Shown here: one piece after another, positions 39,221-52,250 of the stretch
Position numbering within the stretch: position 1 is the stretch's first letter
Layout of the letters: every line of letters starts with the position of its first letter
Assembly: GCF_037042905.1 (NCBI RefSeq)
Contig: NC_087249.1
Span: forward strand, 6,946,001-7,010,000
Origin: Lytechinus pictus
Lineage: Eukaryota
DNA length: 64,000 bases
Direction of reading: 5' to 3'
Made by a program: the position numbers and the translations under genes
Notes under the pieces: model-generated
Seen by the model: only the letters and a program-made list of their open reading frames with translations
The model's database searches: none
Told to the model about the DNA's origin: nothing

Positions 39221-39378
39221 GTTGCGTATCCCTCCGTTTGAGAAAGCAAGAACTGTGCTGGAAGGACTGAGTGCTGAACCACCTGATGTGAAACCAATGA
39301 AGGGCGGAGCAAAGAAAGGAGAGCAACCAGATTTACTCCATCTGTGTCACACAGTGCCTCTTGAGGTTATTGCTATAG
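39221..39378 (+). CDS. NEIL1: NEIL1 exon 3
   Basis: atcag|G; LRIPPFEKARTVLE..PDLLHLCHTVPLEVIAI G|gtgag; 158 nt. Confidence 0.92.
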
Positions 39379-40376
39379 GTGAGCCCTTCTATAGTACCGT
39401 ATATGCCTACTCTGTATGGTTTATTTTTAGAAACGTTAGGAAAACATCCTGGGGAACATTAGGCGTTATAACTTATAGTCAGAAGAATAAGCCAGTTTGT
39501 AGTTCCTCTCTGTGCATGATCAGAAGATTCTGCGCATGATCAGAGGAGTGTCATTTGTACTAAATTGACATGGTTTGAAATTTAATGAGATAAACACCAA
39601 CTTTGATGTCTTGATTATTAATATATTCTTTTGAATTGTGTTTTTCATTTACATCCACAAAAAGCAACAATGCGTCCACGGACGACTGGTATCTCACAGT
39701 TTGCAAAGTACATTGTACAACGTGCTATAATATGCATTCAAAGTAGAAATGCAACAAATACCTTCATAGATTGTTGAATGGTGTGCTATTCTAGTCACCT
39801 GGCCTATTCAATTTCTTGATCCTGCTATGTAAGCCATGCTTACAAAATATCTTGCTTTGAAATATGCCTATCACAATGAAAGAAATGAAGGGTCATTTGA
39901 CCAAAATTGTCCATGAAGTAACTACGAAATGGTCTATTGTCCTCCGTGAATGAAAGCTTTCCTCAGAGCTCAAATTCCTCACACAAGATGATCTTTGTCT
40001 AATGAGTTGTCCTGGTACAGTACATCTTTGTGTATGTACTACTCTGTCCTGTCCATCGTTATTATGATAAGACATCAGTCCTGAGAAAATGACTCAAAAT
40101 TGTTAGTTCCTTAATGCAGAAATGCAGAGAGGATAAGACAACACCCTACTGATTTCTATCTCTTCCATCTTTTTGATAAATTTTTAATATTTTGCTAAAA
40201 GAAAGTACTTAAATACAAATATTGGAGAAATGCTGTCCTGAGCAGACTTCCATGTGACTGAAAATGAATTTAAAATCTTGTTTGAGATAGGATAAGGGAA
40301 TGGAGAGCTTTTTTTAATATGTTTCTTTTTGTTGTCATTTCTTATTTTGGTTCAAATCGCTATTTCATTCTTGAAG

Positions 40377-40532
40377 GTGCTGGTGGATACACGGCCGATG
40401 GTAAAGCATCCGACTACTCTGATTTCATGAAATGGCTTCAGTGTTACTATCAGGATGGGATGAAGAACATGGTAGATCATAATGCTAGGACCATCTGGTT
40501 TTCAGGACCACCAGGACCAATGACACCTAAAG
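40377..40532 (+). CDS. NEIL1: NEIL1 exon 4 (lesion-recognition loop and zincless finger)
   Basis: gaag|GT; AGGY..FMKWLQCY..DHNARTIWFSGPPGPMTPK G|gtacc; 156 nt. Confidence 0.9.
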
Positions 40533-41001
40533 GTACCTATTTAATTCTTATTTTCATATGGTAAGACTCCTTGTCTATTTTCGCTCAGTTTTTCTCCATT
40601 TTAAATTCTTGTTTTCTCCTTCCACTTTAGACATTTTAATACCAAGGTTATTGCAGCTGTGTAATATGAACATGATCTAGTACAATTTGTATACCTCAAA
40701 AATGCTGGTATTTGTACAAAATAAATATTTTGAAAGATGAAACTGTGTAGGACACAGTGAAGTTTATGAGTAATCTATTTTATTTTGATTCAAAGATTTC
40801 ATGATCTGTGATATTTCAATGGTTTGTGTCATGAATACTTTAAAAATTTCCATTAAGTAGAAATGATTTAGTCAATGTAAATTTTGTGTATAATATTATC
40901 ATGATCCAGTACAATTTGTGTACCTCCATTTTTATACCTCTACAAATCACAAGTTTTTAGCACTTACCGGTTGTCGTCTATGTCCCTTTTACCATTTGTA
41001 G

Positions 41002-41081
41002 ATGAAAAATCTCGGAACATCAGAAGTCCAAAGAAACGTCCAAAGGCTACTGACACTGACAATGTACAAACTAAAGTGAAG
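41002..41081 (+). CDS. NEIL1: NEIL1 exon 5 (basic disordered tail)
   Basis: ttgtag|AT; EKSRNIRSPKKRPKATDTDNVQTKVK|gtagg; 80 nt; joins the phase-1 end of exon 4 to phase-0 exon 6. Confidence 0.72.
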
Positions 41082-41387
41082 GTAGGTACCTGAACTAAAA
41101 GTCGCGTCCATGTTTTTGACTTGTTTGGTTTCATTGCAGTTTACCTAATCCCCAAATTGTTCTTTACAGATATTGAATAATTTAAAGAGAAATATTCTCT
41201 CAGTGGGACCGTCACCAAAGCTCTTGTTATTAAAAGTGCTTTTATAGAACGTGGATCAAAATTATTTTGCAGTGAAGATGCTGTATATGCACAAATCATC
41301 AGTTATCTGAATTTGCCAATGGATGTTGGTACCAACTACCTTTCACAGAAACTGAAAAAGTGAATGAATATAAAACCAGGCACTCAT

Positions 41388-41672
41388 GGGCGCGTCGTGG
41401 TCTAGTGGTCCCGACTCTCGCCTTTCAAACAGAGGGTCATGGGTTCGAATCTTAGCCATGGCGTGTTTTCCAAGAAATTTATCCACATTGAGCTGCACTC
41501 GACCCAGGTGAGGTGAATGGGTACTGGGCAGAATTAATTACTTGAATGCACTGAGCGTTGAAAGGCAGCTCGAGCTAAAGCTGTGGTAAAAATAATGTGG
41601 TAGAAATGCGCCTTGGAATAGATTATTTCTACATAGATGGCGCTCTGTTAATGCCTATTATTATTATTATTA
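41388..41672 (+). mobile_element. tRNA-derived SINE (NEIL1 intron 5)
   Basis: tggtctagtgg / gggttcgaatc boxes, gacccaggtgaggtgaatgggtac core, (att)n tail. Confidence 0.85.
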
Positions 41673-42264
41673 AAACTGAAGTTGAAAGGACACATAGTGA
41701 TAAGTGAGTGAGCAAAGGTCATTGTATGTGCAATGAGATTATTAATGATCATAATGTAGGACCTGCCACACTCTACTGGTTTGCATCTTTAATCATTTAA
41801 TTATGAATTTTAAGTTGTCGAGCAAAGTTGAAAATATAATCAATGCATGTTCTTATTATTTGTTTCGCCTGAATAATGTTCAGCCGATACCCAGTTGTGA
41901 CCTTTTATGTTAGTCTGTTACAAAAGTTGAAGAGTTTTTACAAACTTAGCTGTCATTGTGCATAAATTATTTTGACATTTGTTACAAATGATCTTTGGGG
42001 TAATAGCACATGTGTGTTCATGAGTATGATGGGCTCAAAGGTCATCTAGGGGTCAAAAGACCATATTGCATATAGATCATGAAATCAGGCGAGACTCGTG
42101 GTTTTGAACGACCTTGTAATGAATAACAAACACCATGCTCAGTGGAATTATTATTATGAAATGTAGCCTTTTCCCTTTTGAAACTGCTCTTTAAACTGTT
42201 TCTACCACTTCTGTTGGTTATAGATATTGTCAATACAATTTTTCTTTTTCCCCTATTTATTCAG

Positions 42265-42657
42265 TCAAAAAGGAAAGAAGGGTCTGACATTGATGTCCCC
42301 CAAAAGAGCAGTAAGAGACCATCAAAGCGCAAATCGACCGCTACCTCTGCAACGGAAGCTGTACCCAAAGCCCCACGACCATCACAGAAGAGGAGAAATT
42401 CAAGTAAAGAGGCAAGCGGTGAGAAAAGCGAGGAGAGTCAGAAAGAAAAAAGTAAGAAGGGGAAAGGAACTTCAAAAAGTGTGCAATCTGGAAAAGAGTT
42501 GAAGAAGAAAGCTAGTGTGAAGGGCCGCAAGAAAGGTAAAATACACGCACAAGTTAGAGAGGATGAAAAGACAGAGATCGTCGAACAGAATGGAGATACA
42601 AGCAAGAGAGGAAAAGGTCCGCAGAGAATAAGTAGGAGATCAGCAAAGCAGAAATGA
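42265..42657 (+). CDS. NEIL1: NEIL1 exon 6 (Lys/Ser-rich C-terminal tail)
   Basis: Polypyrimidine tract then cag|TCA AAA; open to TGA; AATAAA at about 42734; spliced CDS 1452 nt = 483 aa. Confidence 0.78.
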   Translation, partial: SKRKEGSDIDVPQKSSKRPSKRKSTATSATEAVPKAPRPSQKRRNSSKEASGEKSEESQKEKSKKGKGTSKSVQSGKELKKKASVKGRKKGKIHAQVREDEKTEIVEQNGDTSKRGKGPQRISRRSAKQK

Positions 42658-42879
42658 TTTGTTCTGCCTAAAGGAAACATATTCACATTCTTCAGTACTG
42701 AGTCAAGTTTATTGGAGATATTGGACGTCATTTAATAAATCAAGATCATTATGCAACGATGGCGGTTATTTCCAAACGGGTAAAGTAGATGCCTATAGAG
42801 GGCACATTGATGGTCTATGCTTTCTTCCACATTCGTATTATTTTTGTATTAGCCAAGTCAAGGATCACATTCAAATTTC

Positions 42880-43259
42880 GTTGAATTTACAATATGGTGC
42901 GTCACCGCATCAGTTGCCGCGATCAGGCCAAATTTCTAACTTTGGGGTCGACATCGCACGCAGGTGCAGGCAGCGCACAGTGCTAGTGCTTCAAAAATGA
43001 AAACCATATGGCAAGAATTCGCCAAAAACGGTCTAAATTTCGCAAAGAAATATGCAGGCAAATTTCTCTCCTACATCCTGGACCCTAGTAAACAGCATAT
43101 CCGCCTGAGCCGCGTCGGCCAATGCAGAATAATCGCATGCATGCATTTACTTTTGTACTATCAGCACGCTCAACAGATGTCTACTTTTTCCCATGAGCAT
43201 TGCAAATTTTGGCCTGTCCGCTGCAACTGATAGATGGCGCATCATATTGTGAATCCACC
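42880..43259. mobile_element. Degenerate MITE downstream of the NEIL1 stop
   Basis: About 55-bp imperfect inverted ends (acaatatggtgcgtca..atcagttgc..caggccaaa / tttggcctg..gcaactgat..tggcgcatcatattgt). Confidence 0.55.
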
Positions 43260-43620
43260 AAATTAAAAGTTACATGGGAGTAACTATGGTCCTGGTGATG
43301 ACAGTTTGAATACAAATTTCTTAAATACAATCATTTTTTTTTTGGCAAGTCTACCTGACAATCGTGTTCAAATCTTTTAACCTTTTTCCACTTGGCAAAT
43401 ATTTCTGTTCACCAAACCAAGCACTTAGATCACATGTATTCTAAATAAAAATTATATGTGCATGGAAACATTTGGTAAGAACTATAGATATGGGCCTCAT
43501 GGTGGCAGTAATGAATTTAAACATTACATTTGTTTTTTAATGCAATGCTATCATAAATCTCGTAAAGGCAGTGTTATTATCATTAATCAGTATAATGCTA
43601 ATCCCTCAAATTACACCGAG

Positions 43621-44027
43621 CAGGGTGCTATATAAGCACTTGCCCGATTGCCCGGGGCAAGTAAAAGTTAGAGTCGGGCAAGTGTTTTGAAGTAAAGACC
43701 AAAACTACTTGCCCGAATTGGGCAAGCAAAATTCTCACAGTAAAATGACAAAAATTAGGGTTGATAACCCAATCTTTGGTCATGGCAGGCAAGATAAAAT
43801 TACTTTGGAAAAAGAAATGCAATAACAAGGTAGATCAGTTCATGTCAAAAGAGAAAAAAGGTCAATCGTTTATAAAACCGCAATACATGTCCTTTCTTTT
43901 CAAGAGGTAAAACTTTCAGGATTTTTTCGGGCAAGTGAAATAGATTTTCAGGCAAGTATATTATAACTATTTTGAAATTAACTTTCCTGACTGGGCAAGT
44001 GCTTCTAAAAAGTTATGGAGCACCCTG
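43621..44027. mobile_element. Second copy of the 37327-37757 MITE, in inverted orientation
   Basis: cagggtgcta..gagcaccctg; TSD caccgag / caccaag; reverse-complement match to the first copy. Confidence 0.8.
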
Positions 44028-45036
44028 CACCAAGTTAGATGTAATGATGGTCATCTGCACGTGTACTCATATAATACTTTCACCTTGACATAAACTCAGT
44101 TTTATAGACATCGATGTCTCATTCTACCCCATTTGTTTATCAAGTCTGCCAGACAATCATGTTCAAATCTTGTTACTGTTTTGGCCATAATTGGGGACAT
44201 TCGGGTGAATTTATACTTGCATACTATAGGATAGAGAAGGCCTTATATTTTGCTCTTTTTTTATTAATTTTTTTATTCATACTAATTATACTAATGTTAT
44301 TTCGTGTGTGATAATACAAAAAATAACCTCAGTAATAGTAGTCAGGAAAGTGTTTGAGTGTATTATGAAATAAATTGTTACCATTTTGATTTTTAACGTC
44401 AAAAGTCATGGATGGAATAGATGGAAAATTAATCATTGTGTCTACCTCAGATATTTTGCATTAAGATACATGTACTTAAGGGCTTGTAGTCATTGGCATG
44501 ATACTACATGTATGTGTACATGCCTGGCAGTTGTATGTTTGTGGTTTGTTTACTGTATTAAAGATATTTTTGTACTGTAGTATACTTACATTATAGACAC
44601 ATTGTTATCACTAGATTGCTGGCATCTATGTTTGTCGTTTTATAGTATAAGACTCTGAATTACATGCATAGAGTAGTAGAGATGTAAAGTTTTACCAATT
44701 AGGTTAATAGTATGTTCTTAATGTTTTAATGTTGTAGCTATTAGAAAATGTCATTTGAAAAATATGTACTTCATATCTCTGATAAGTACTAGCAGGAGAC
44801 TATATGTTAACTGCATGGTGTGTGATTGTATGAATACTTTTTGTTGTAAATTGCCTCTTGGTCTACACACACTTTGTCAACTTTTTCTTTGGTCTCATCC
44901 GACATACATGTAGTCTATCTTGTTCATCTACAGCCAGTTTGTTGGTACTATCAACTCTTCGATCTAATTGCCACTTAGTCCATTTGCCATTAGTCTAATT
45001 TCCAGTTGGGCTACATATTTTGCCAAGCATCCACCT

Positions 45037-45189
45037 GGGGTTCGTTTCATGAAACTTGTTATGGACTAAAAACAACGTTGCAGTAATAGTTAAATGCTAC
45101 TGAAATCCTTGAATCTGATTGGCTGAAAGTAAATTTGTTATAGAAACTGAGCATTTGTTGTTATAACAAGCCTTTATGAAACGGGACCC
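45037..45189. mobile_element. Small PIF/Harbinger-like MITE; second copy at about 28319-28465
   Basis: gggttcgtttcatgaa..tttatgaaacgggaccc; shared ctgattggct core between the copies. Confidence 0.6.
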
Positions 45190-47374
45190 TGGCCTAACAC
45201 CACTTAGCCTATGCGAGTATAAACTGCTTATTATCCACATTTTCACTTTTCAAAGTGTAAAGATTATCTGAGCATTGGACTGAAAGGCGGAGCATACTCG
45301 GGGCTGAAAATAATTATATCCAGATGAATAGAGTAAAATTCATAATACTAGAAACCTGATGAATTCAAATCTAATAATATATCTGTAAAGCGCTTAGAGA
45401 CATAGTTCCGCTGTGTTAAGCGCTGTATACATGTAAATGCGGAATATTATTACTAATTTTCAGTTACATCTTTTCCAATGTCCACAATCGGAGGTGCGCT
45501 GCCCCCCCCCCTGGCCCTATTCTGCAGGCACAGACCCTTGCTTTTTACAATTCACTTAGTGCATGGTGCAGAGTCTGACGTAGTAAGACTAGGTTCACAA
45601 TTTACTGTGAATGTTACCTGAAACAGACGAGAGAGTTCAGAGTCTAGTCTTAACTCTAGACATGGTTTTGGTGTCAAAAATAAGACTGCTTGCAGACAAC
45701 CCTATCCCTTCTTAATTTTTTTTTCTAGGAAATGTGCCATTACATTTATTTGCTATTCTGGAGCAAGTTGCTGAAATGTGTATTTTAACTTCAGTTTCCT
45801 TTACATAAGGATACAAATAGAATACTAGTATTAAAGGCAAAAGAGAAAGCAACATCAAGATACATGAGGAACTGTAGTTCTTCTTCCATTAGATACTTGT
45901 AAAAAAGAAGAAAAAAAAGAAATACAAATAATACATGACCATACGAGCCATAATAAGCTGCACATATAGATTTATATTTGCCAAGTCTTACATTTTGTTT
46001 GTCTATATTTCAGCCTGTTTTGTCCTCATAAGTATGACCATTATGTATACTTTCCCACAAGTGCTAGCATCATATGGCATTTTACTTCGCTACAGTTGCG
46101 ATGATCTAACATTTAAGTTGCTTACTTAAAAAAATCATGCGCCATTTTCTCATTTTACGGTTATACATTTAGATTTACGTATCAAATCTACAGTATTTTA
46201 TGATATCTTTTAATGAGATATTGTGTACAGACTTCTGTTTTGTACTATTTTTTACATTTGATGAAAATAAATGAATTCTATACAACAAAATGAAATATTT
46301 CATAATGAATCTTATGTGCACCCTAAATAAAAGAGTTCTGGAGCCTCTAACATCAAAATATACAATCAATTTTAAAGTTATTATAAATATAGCAACATGA
46401 TCTAAATATTACAATCAATTGTAATACTGATTGTATTTCTTCGTGTAACAGGGCTCTGAATAGTATACAAGGTTGAATTAAAGTATATCAACTTAGACTA
46501 GTTCAATATATTTGCATGCAGCAAACTACACTGAGGTTTGCATAGGAAGTTACAAAGAAGTCAAATTTTTTGTTTGTCTAAAGTAGCAGTGCAGAAGGGC
46601 TCTGTTTTGTCCCTTCCATTGCCAGTTTGCAGAATTATATCATTTTGTTCACTGGATTTGAGCTGTCTATGTACAAAGTTTATTGAGAATAAGTTTCAGG
46701 TCATTCAAATGAAGGAAGTCAACAATTTTCATAATATAATGACAATTGCCAACTCTGTGTGTTTCATGTTTGAAGATCGACAATCCATGCAATCATTTGA
46801 TATTTTTATTTTTTAAGTTCACCCTCAAGATACAAATATTGTAACAATAAAAGAAAAAATTGTAAAAAATATTGGTAAGGGAATATTTATCAAAGATTTT
46901 TTTTTCAAGTTATTAAAACTTAATTTTGTTTTAGTCATAACAATTTCTTCTGTTTTTGTGACATCATATATGACAAGCTGATACGGCATCGCAAATCAAA
47001 ATTTAACTTCTAATAACTTTCCAAATCTTTGATGGATTTTCTTCAAACCTTCACCAATATTTTTTTTCTGGTATTTTTACAACAATCTTTATGTAGGGCG
47101 AACTTCCCCTTAAGCCATGGTTTAAATAACCAGTGGGATTTTCACAAAGAGTTAGGTATGACTCGGTCATGCTCAAATGCTGATGCACACATGGTATGTA
47201 ATGTGCAATCTTCATACTCAATAAAGCAGCTCTTAGCATGATTTGACCAATGCGGTGATGCCTTTTTACCGTAACTCTAAGACTTAAGTCACACTTACAT
47301 CTTTGGGAAATACCCCCTAGACTACCAGTGGTCAACTCTTTTCCTAAGCTAAAATTATTCTGATGATTCAGCAA

Positions 47375-47471
47375 AAGCCTTACATTGGTAGGTCATTTGT
47401 CTATTGTATTTGTGAATAAGTTATGATAAATCGTCGCTTAATCTCGGTTTTGTTTTTTCTGGGACGCGCTG
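47375..47471. mobile_element. Terminal fragment of the 30402-31220 Tc1-like MITE family
   Basis: ttggtaggtcatttgtcta..ctcggtttt..gggacgcgctg|TA matches about 31125-31220. Confidence 0.75.
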
Positions 47472-48580
47472 TATATAATAGAGTTGTAGCACACTGCAGT
47501 TCGGTTGAATTTTTGGCAAAATACATTTGAAATATTCCATTTGAAAACTTAATGTCTGAACACCATAATTCTACAATATGTTTCTCAGTCTTCTAACAAT
47601 TAATGAGATGTTTTTTTCAAATGGCTGATACCATTCACAACTTATAAAAATATACTCTTTATACTCTTATATTTTCTTTATTTCATATAAATAAAAATGT
47701 GACTCAGTATATGGTTGTGATATAAAATTCTCTATATAAAATCTAATTTCATTAGGTATTTCAATGATATAATTCATTTACATAGGGATGTCAGCAAATT
47801 GTTCTTCATATTGGCATACATGTTTTGTTCATCTTATGTTGACTATAACAGTCTTTCAACAAGGCCTGATAATTCACAGGTATTGGGTGGACGTTTGTAA
47901 GCCTGGTATACCACAAAAGTGGATACTTCTCTTGATCTAAATCTGACATATCCTTGTTTTTGGCACTTAAGCATGGCTGTCATCACGTGCTTTGTCTATG
48001 TCATTTACTGTTACTCAGGACAGTAGTATGCCCATGATTCTAGTCATCGTGAATGAATGTGGCAAATTAAGACCAATCCGACACAATGAAAGATGTCAGC
48101 ATTCTGTCCTACATGCACTCCATCATACCTCGTACCTGGGCTGGTCATGGTTCTCAGTCCAAGACCTATCCACTGAATCCTAGACCATATATCTAGGAAC
48201 ATCCTGGAACATCTATCACACCTCAAGACATTGGCTCTATCATGTAGGTGAGAGCATGTCAACGGATGAAGTGCTGAAGCCATGTATTACAGAATTTAAC
48301 CAACCAGGTTTGAGATAAGAGGTTGCTTCACAACTGCTTTGTCAGGCAAACCACCTGGACACTGAACAAAATGATTTGCTGTGACCAAATGTCACCTCAC
48401 TAGTTTGCCATAATCTGTAACTAGGAACTAGGAAGTGTATAGCCTGGTGACCATGCAACTGGCTTGGGGCCATTTAAGACATTATCCACCTACATATATA
48501 GTACATCTGTACCTTCCATTCTTTTGTTCCTAGAAGATTGAGAAACCAGTATACAACTTGACATGTTGTTCATTGATAAA

Positions 48581-49383
48581 TCATACAAATGTACTAACAC
48601 TCCATGGGGAATATGGAGGCGGTTCAATGGCTGCTGGAGAGAGTTGTCCATTGCTAGAGATTATTGAAGCTCTGTGCTGAGGAGATGATGGGGTGTGGTC
48701 GCTATTGTGATCGTCAGTTGATGTAATGGAGTGGTTGGATAAATGATCATCATACGGTGGTGGAAAGGTACCACAGACAGGAGATTGAACTGGTTGGATG
48801 GTCAACCCACTTTGTTCGGGACTCCCATTCAAAATTAATATGCCTCCTTGTGTGTTCCTTTGGTCAATGTTTTCTTCTGCAATAGGTGGTTGTTGCTCGC
48901 TGGACGGACTGTAAGGCGGGGGCGATATCATCAGGCCTGAAGACACACTACTTCTAGCATCAGTGGTGGAAGGACTGTACGGCGGTGGTGAAGTTAGATC
49001 CGAAGGGAAGAGAAAAATCTGCCGATTGTCAGAGTTCACATTCACAGAAATGTTTGTCACGTTGATTGGTGGACCATCGACATATGAAGGACGGTGGTGA
49101 TCAAGGTGAACCGTCAGTGGGTATTCTGGAGGAAGGTGATGTGGCGTTAGTTCACTCTCTTCCTGGTGGGCTTGGGATGCGTTCCTTGACTCGCCTTGGA
49201 AGGCAAATGGGTTTCTTATGTTTTCAGCCATATGCCTCATCCCAGAAGGACATGCTAATTTCTTGCCACGTTTGAAGTGTATGACGATGGCAACCATCAA
49301 GATGAGTAGGACAATGCTGGCAAAGGACAGGCACCCAACCAGCACTGATGATGTCGATGATGACGATGTTGATTGACTTTCGC
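48581..49383 (-). CDS. SRCR membrane protein, exon 4 (Ser-rich stalk, TM, PPxY-rich cytoplasmic tail)
   Basis: catag|GC GAA; TM VLVGCLSFASIVLLILMVAIVIHF followed by KRGKK; tail with PPEY and 4x PPPY, ends STFV*; spliced CDS 1509 nt = 502 aa. Confidence 0.85.
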
Positions 49384-49777
49384 CTATGAAGTAAATAGGT
49401 TATGCAGGTATTAGAAACTGGATGATGAAAAACAAGTACTACAATTAAGTCATTAACTAATTCATTAATAAAACTTTTCTTTTGATTACACATCAGTGTA
49501 TTAATAGGCATTCTTGGTCCCAGAAAGACATTCAATTAAATGTAAATCCACATGATTTTGAACCAATAGGAGCACGCATATAGAAACATTTACGGCTGGT
49601 CCCATGTCCCCATATCTTACAATAACTTTAGTAGAAAGTTTTTTAATAATCAAGCTTATTTTGAGGAAACCCAAACTCAGTTATTGGTCATTTTGGTTCA
49701 TATCAAAATATAAAAGATCGCTCATGAAGAGTTTGAGATTTGATACTCTGCAGTAAGGATGGATTCTTGGGACTCAC

Positions 49778-50095
49778 CGCATATGACACCAGCATCATCG
49801 GAATGGAAGCAGGAACTAGGATACCATTCACTCGAACATGATAACAGACTGGACTCGCTTCCTGAGCAACCGACGTTACCCAGGACAACTCTCTGTCTCC
49901 CTCGTCCAAAATAGGCGTTAGAAACAGCTGTCACGTGATCGCTTGGGAAGCCGACCTGATGACAGACAACCGAAGCATCATCTTCGTCCCATCTTGAATC
50001 GCAGATTGTACCCCATTGCCGATCGTGGAATATCTCTACACGGCCTTCACTGCGCGATGAACCTCCCACCAGCCGTACATCTCCATCCTTTGGAA
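49778..50095 (-). CDS. SRCR membrane protein, exon 3 (6-Cys group A SRCR domain 2)
   Basis: tgcag|TT; GDVRLVGG..EGRVEIFH..WGTICD..VVCHQVGF..HSDDAGVIC G|gtgagt; 318 nt, phase 1-1. Confidence 0.92.
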
Positions 50096-50834
50096 CTGCA
50101 ATATTTAAAGGTTAATCAAACTTTTTTTTTAACTGGGGGGTCTGACGTAAATTTGACCCCCAAAAGGGTTTCACTACAAATTCTGAAAGTCATTTGGTCC
50201 CGAGAAATTTGACATACCATACACACACAAAAAAAGAGATTCACTATACAAAATGAAGGTTCTTTTGGTTATATTTACCGACTTTAACACACCTTCCAGA
50301 ATCCCAGGGGGTGCTTCCTATGGAAAATGACACACACATTACCCCCAGGAAAATCTTGGGAGTGCTTTTTTAGCACCCCTGCCAGCCCGGCAGAGTCATG
50401 CATACGTTTGATGATAATCATAGCGTTGTATATTAGGCCTACATAATGCTTTAACAATGTTTTATTCTTTTTTAGGAAATGGTTTTCGACCAGGATAACG
50501 GCGACTTGCATTGGTGGCCAGAAATTATGAAGATTCTTGAGTAACTATGCAGCCATTAATATTGTTATAAAGAAACAAACGTTTGCTTCCATAGGGTTGG
50601 GGCTAGACACAAGTATAACCTGGTTCTACTCACACTTTTCAGAACCTTATCCTGACATTGGGCTGTTCAAGGCATATTTGAGAGAGCTTGTCAGCGTTCG
50701 ATGACCAACTCAATAATTTGTAACTAATTCGCACTTCAAGAAATTGCCCGTACTTTACTCTAAATGCAAAAGAGCTAATTTGGTGCCTCCTCTCAGAGTG
50801 GGACATGATAAAGATAATACTACTACTACTACTA

Positions 50835-51154
50835 CTACTACTAATAATAATAATAATAATGATGATAATAATTGTATACAACTATCTATCTAGAAACAAT
50901 CTATTCCGAGGCGCATTGTTATTATCATTATTATTATTATTACCCCGGCCTGCTTTATCTCGAGCTGCCATTCAGCGCTCGTGCATTCAAGGAATTAATC
51001 TTGCTGGGTACCCATTCACCTATCCTGGGTCGAGTGCAGCACAGTGTGGATAAATTTCTTGCTGAAGGAAAACACGCCATGGCTAGGATTCGAATCCACG
51101 ATCTTCTGTTTGAAAGGCGAGACTGAGTCAGAACCACAAGACCACGACGCGCCC
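50835..51154 (-). mobile_element. tRNA-derived SINE, same family as 41388-41672
   Basis: Reverse-complement match including A/B boxes and an (aat)n tail. Confidence 0.85.
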
Positions 51155-51441
51155 ACAGTGCATTATAGCTCCTGAAGTGAACAGTGTATGTATATTTTAT
51201 TTATATTTTTTATTATATATATTTTTTTACATTTTCACTCCAGAAGGAGTTCTGTTCTCATACACTCTCAAAGGAAGTTAATTCCACTCCAAAATGGAGT
51301 GGTCCCTCGTCTCACTGAGAGGAGAGAGATTAGGAACCCGAATTGGCTCAGTGCATGTAGGATTTGATTTCCTTTTTTAAGCCATACATAATGCGTTTTG
51401 TATTTAGCAATTAGATTTGGATGAAATGTTAATGAGCTTAC

Positions 51442-51756
51442 CACAGTCAACTCCAGCATCTTCAGAGTGTTTACAATTGCTCGGCCTGGACGAGCTTGGA
51501 CAATGTACCAACTTTTCTTCTTGGCCGAAACACTGTACATTATCAAGTGATATATACCCAGTTCCCATGCCATAGACGGCTGAATACTGGGCGATAGCTC
51601 CACCCGGGTCATAACCGAGCTGTCGACAAACAACCATAGCATCTACATTGTCCCAGTAATCATCACAGACCGTTGTCCATCGTTCGCCATCGTAGACCTC
51701 CACTCGACCTCGAGATGATTGACCACCATTCATCAGCCTGACGTCGCCTTCTCGCT
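51442..51756 (-). CDS. SRCR membrane protein, exon 2 (6-Cys group A SRCR domain 1)
   Basis: cccag|AG; GDVRLMNGG..GRVEVY..WTTVCDDYW..VVCRQLGY..HSEDAGVDC G|gtaag; 315 nt, phase 1-1. Confidence 0.92.
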
Positions 51757-51974
51757 CTGGGTTAGAAAATACACATGCAATATTATCGCATTTGACAATT
51801 CACTCAAACAAAGCGATATAATTCTGCCTATTATGTTTTATCAAAATAGCTAGACTGTCGTTCTTTAGTTAATTGCTTGAATCCCCCCCCCCCCGATATC
51901 AAACATGGAAGGAATTGTTCATAACATTGTGATGATGAAGAGGAGGAGGGGGCCCTGTTGCGGCTGCTGCTGAT

Positions 51975-52250
51975 GATGTCGATATGATGATGATGAGGAT
52001 GATGATGATGGCGATATGATGATGATGATTATGATGATGATGGGGATGATGATGAATGATGATGATGATGATGATGGCGATATGATGATGATTATGATGA
52101 TGGTGATGGTTATGATGGTGATGTAGATGGCGATATGATGATGATGATGAAGATAATTATGATGATTGGGATGATGATGATGGTGATGATGTGCAGTGAT
52201 GATGATGATGGTGATCATAATGATACTGCTGTTGATGTTGATGATAAAGC
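51975..52250. repeat. (ATG/GAT)n imperfect microsatellite in SRCR intron 1
   Basis: Direct reading. Confidence 0.9.

Noticed and set aside
39222..39230. Arg in LRIPPF as a genomically pre-edited K242R site
   Set aside because: Human K242 lies in GGKGY, not in RLKIPPF; this is a different residue
47870..48540. Possible very old CR1 LINE remnant downstream of the SRCR stop
   Set aside because: Only a faint resemblance to LINE ORF2 C-terminal motifs; not supportable without a search
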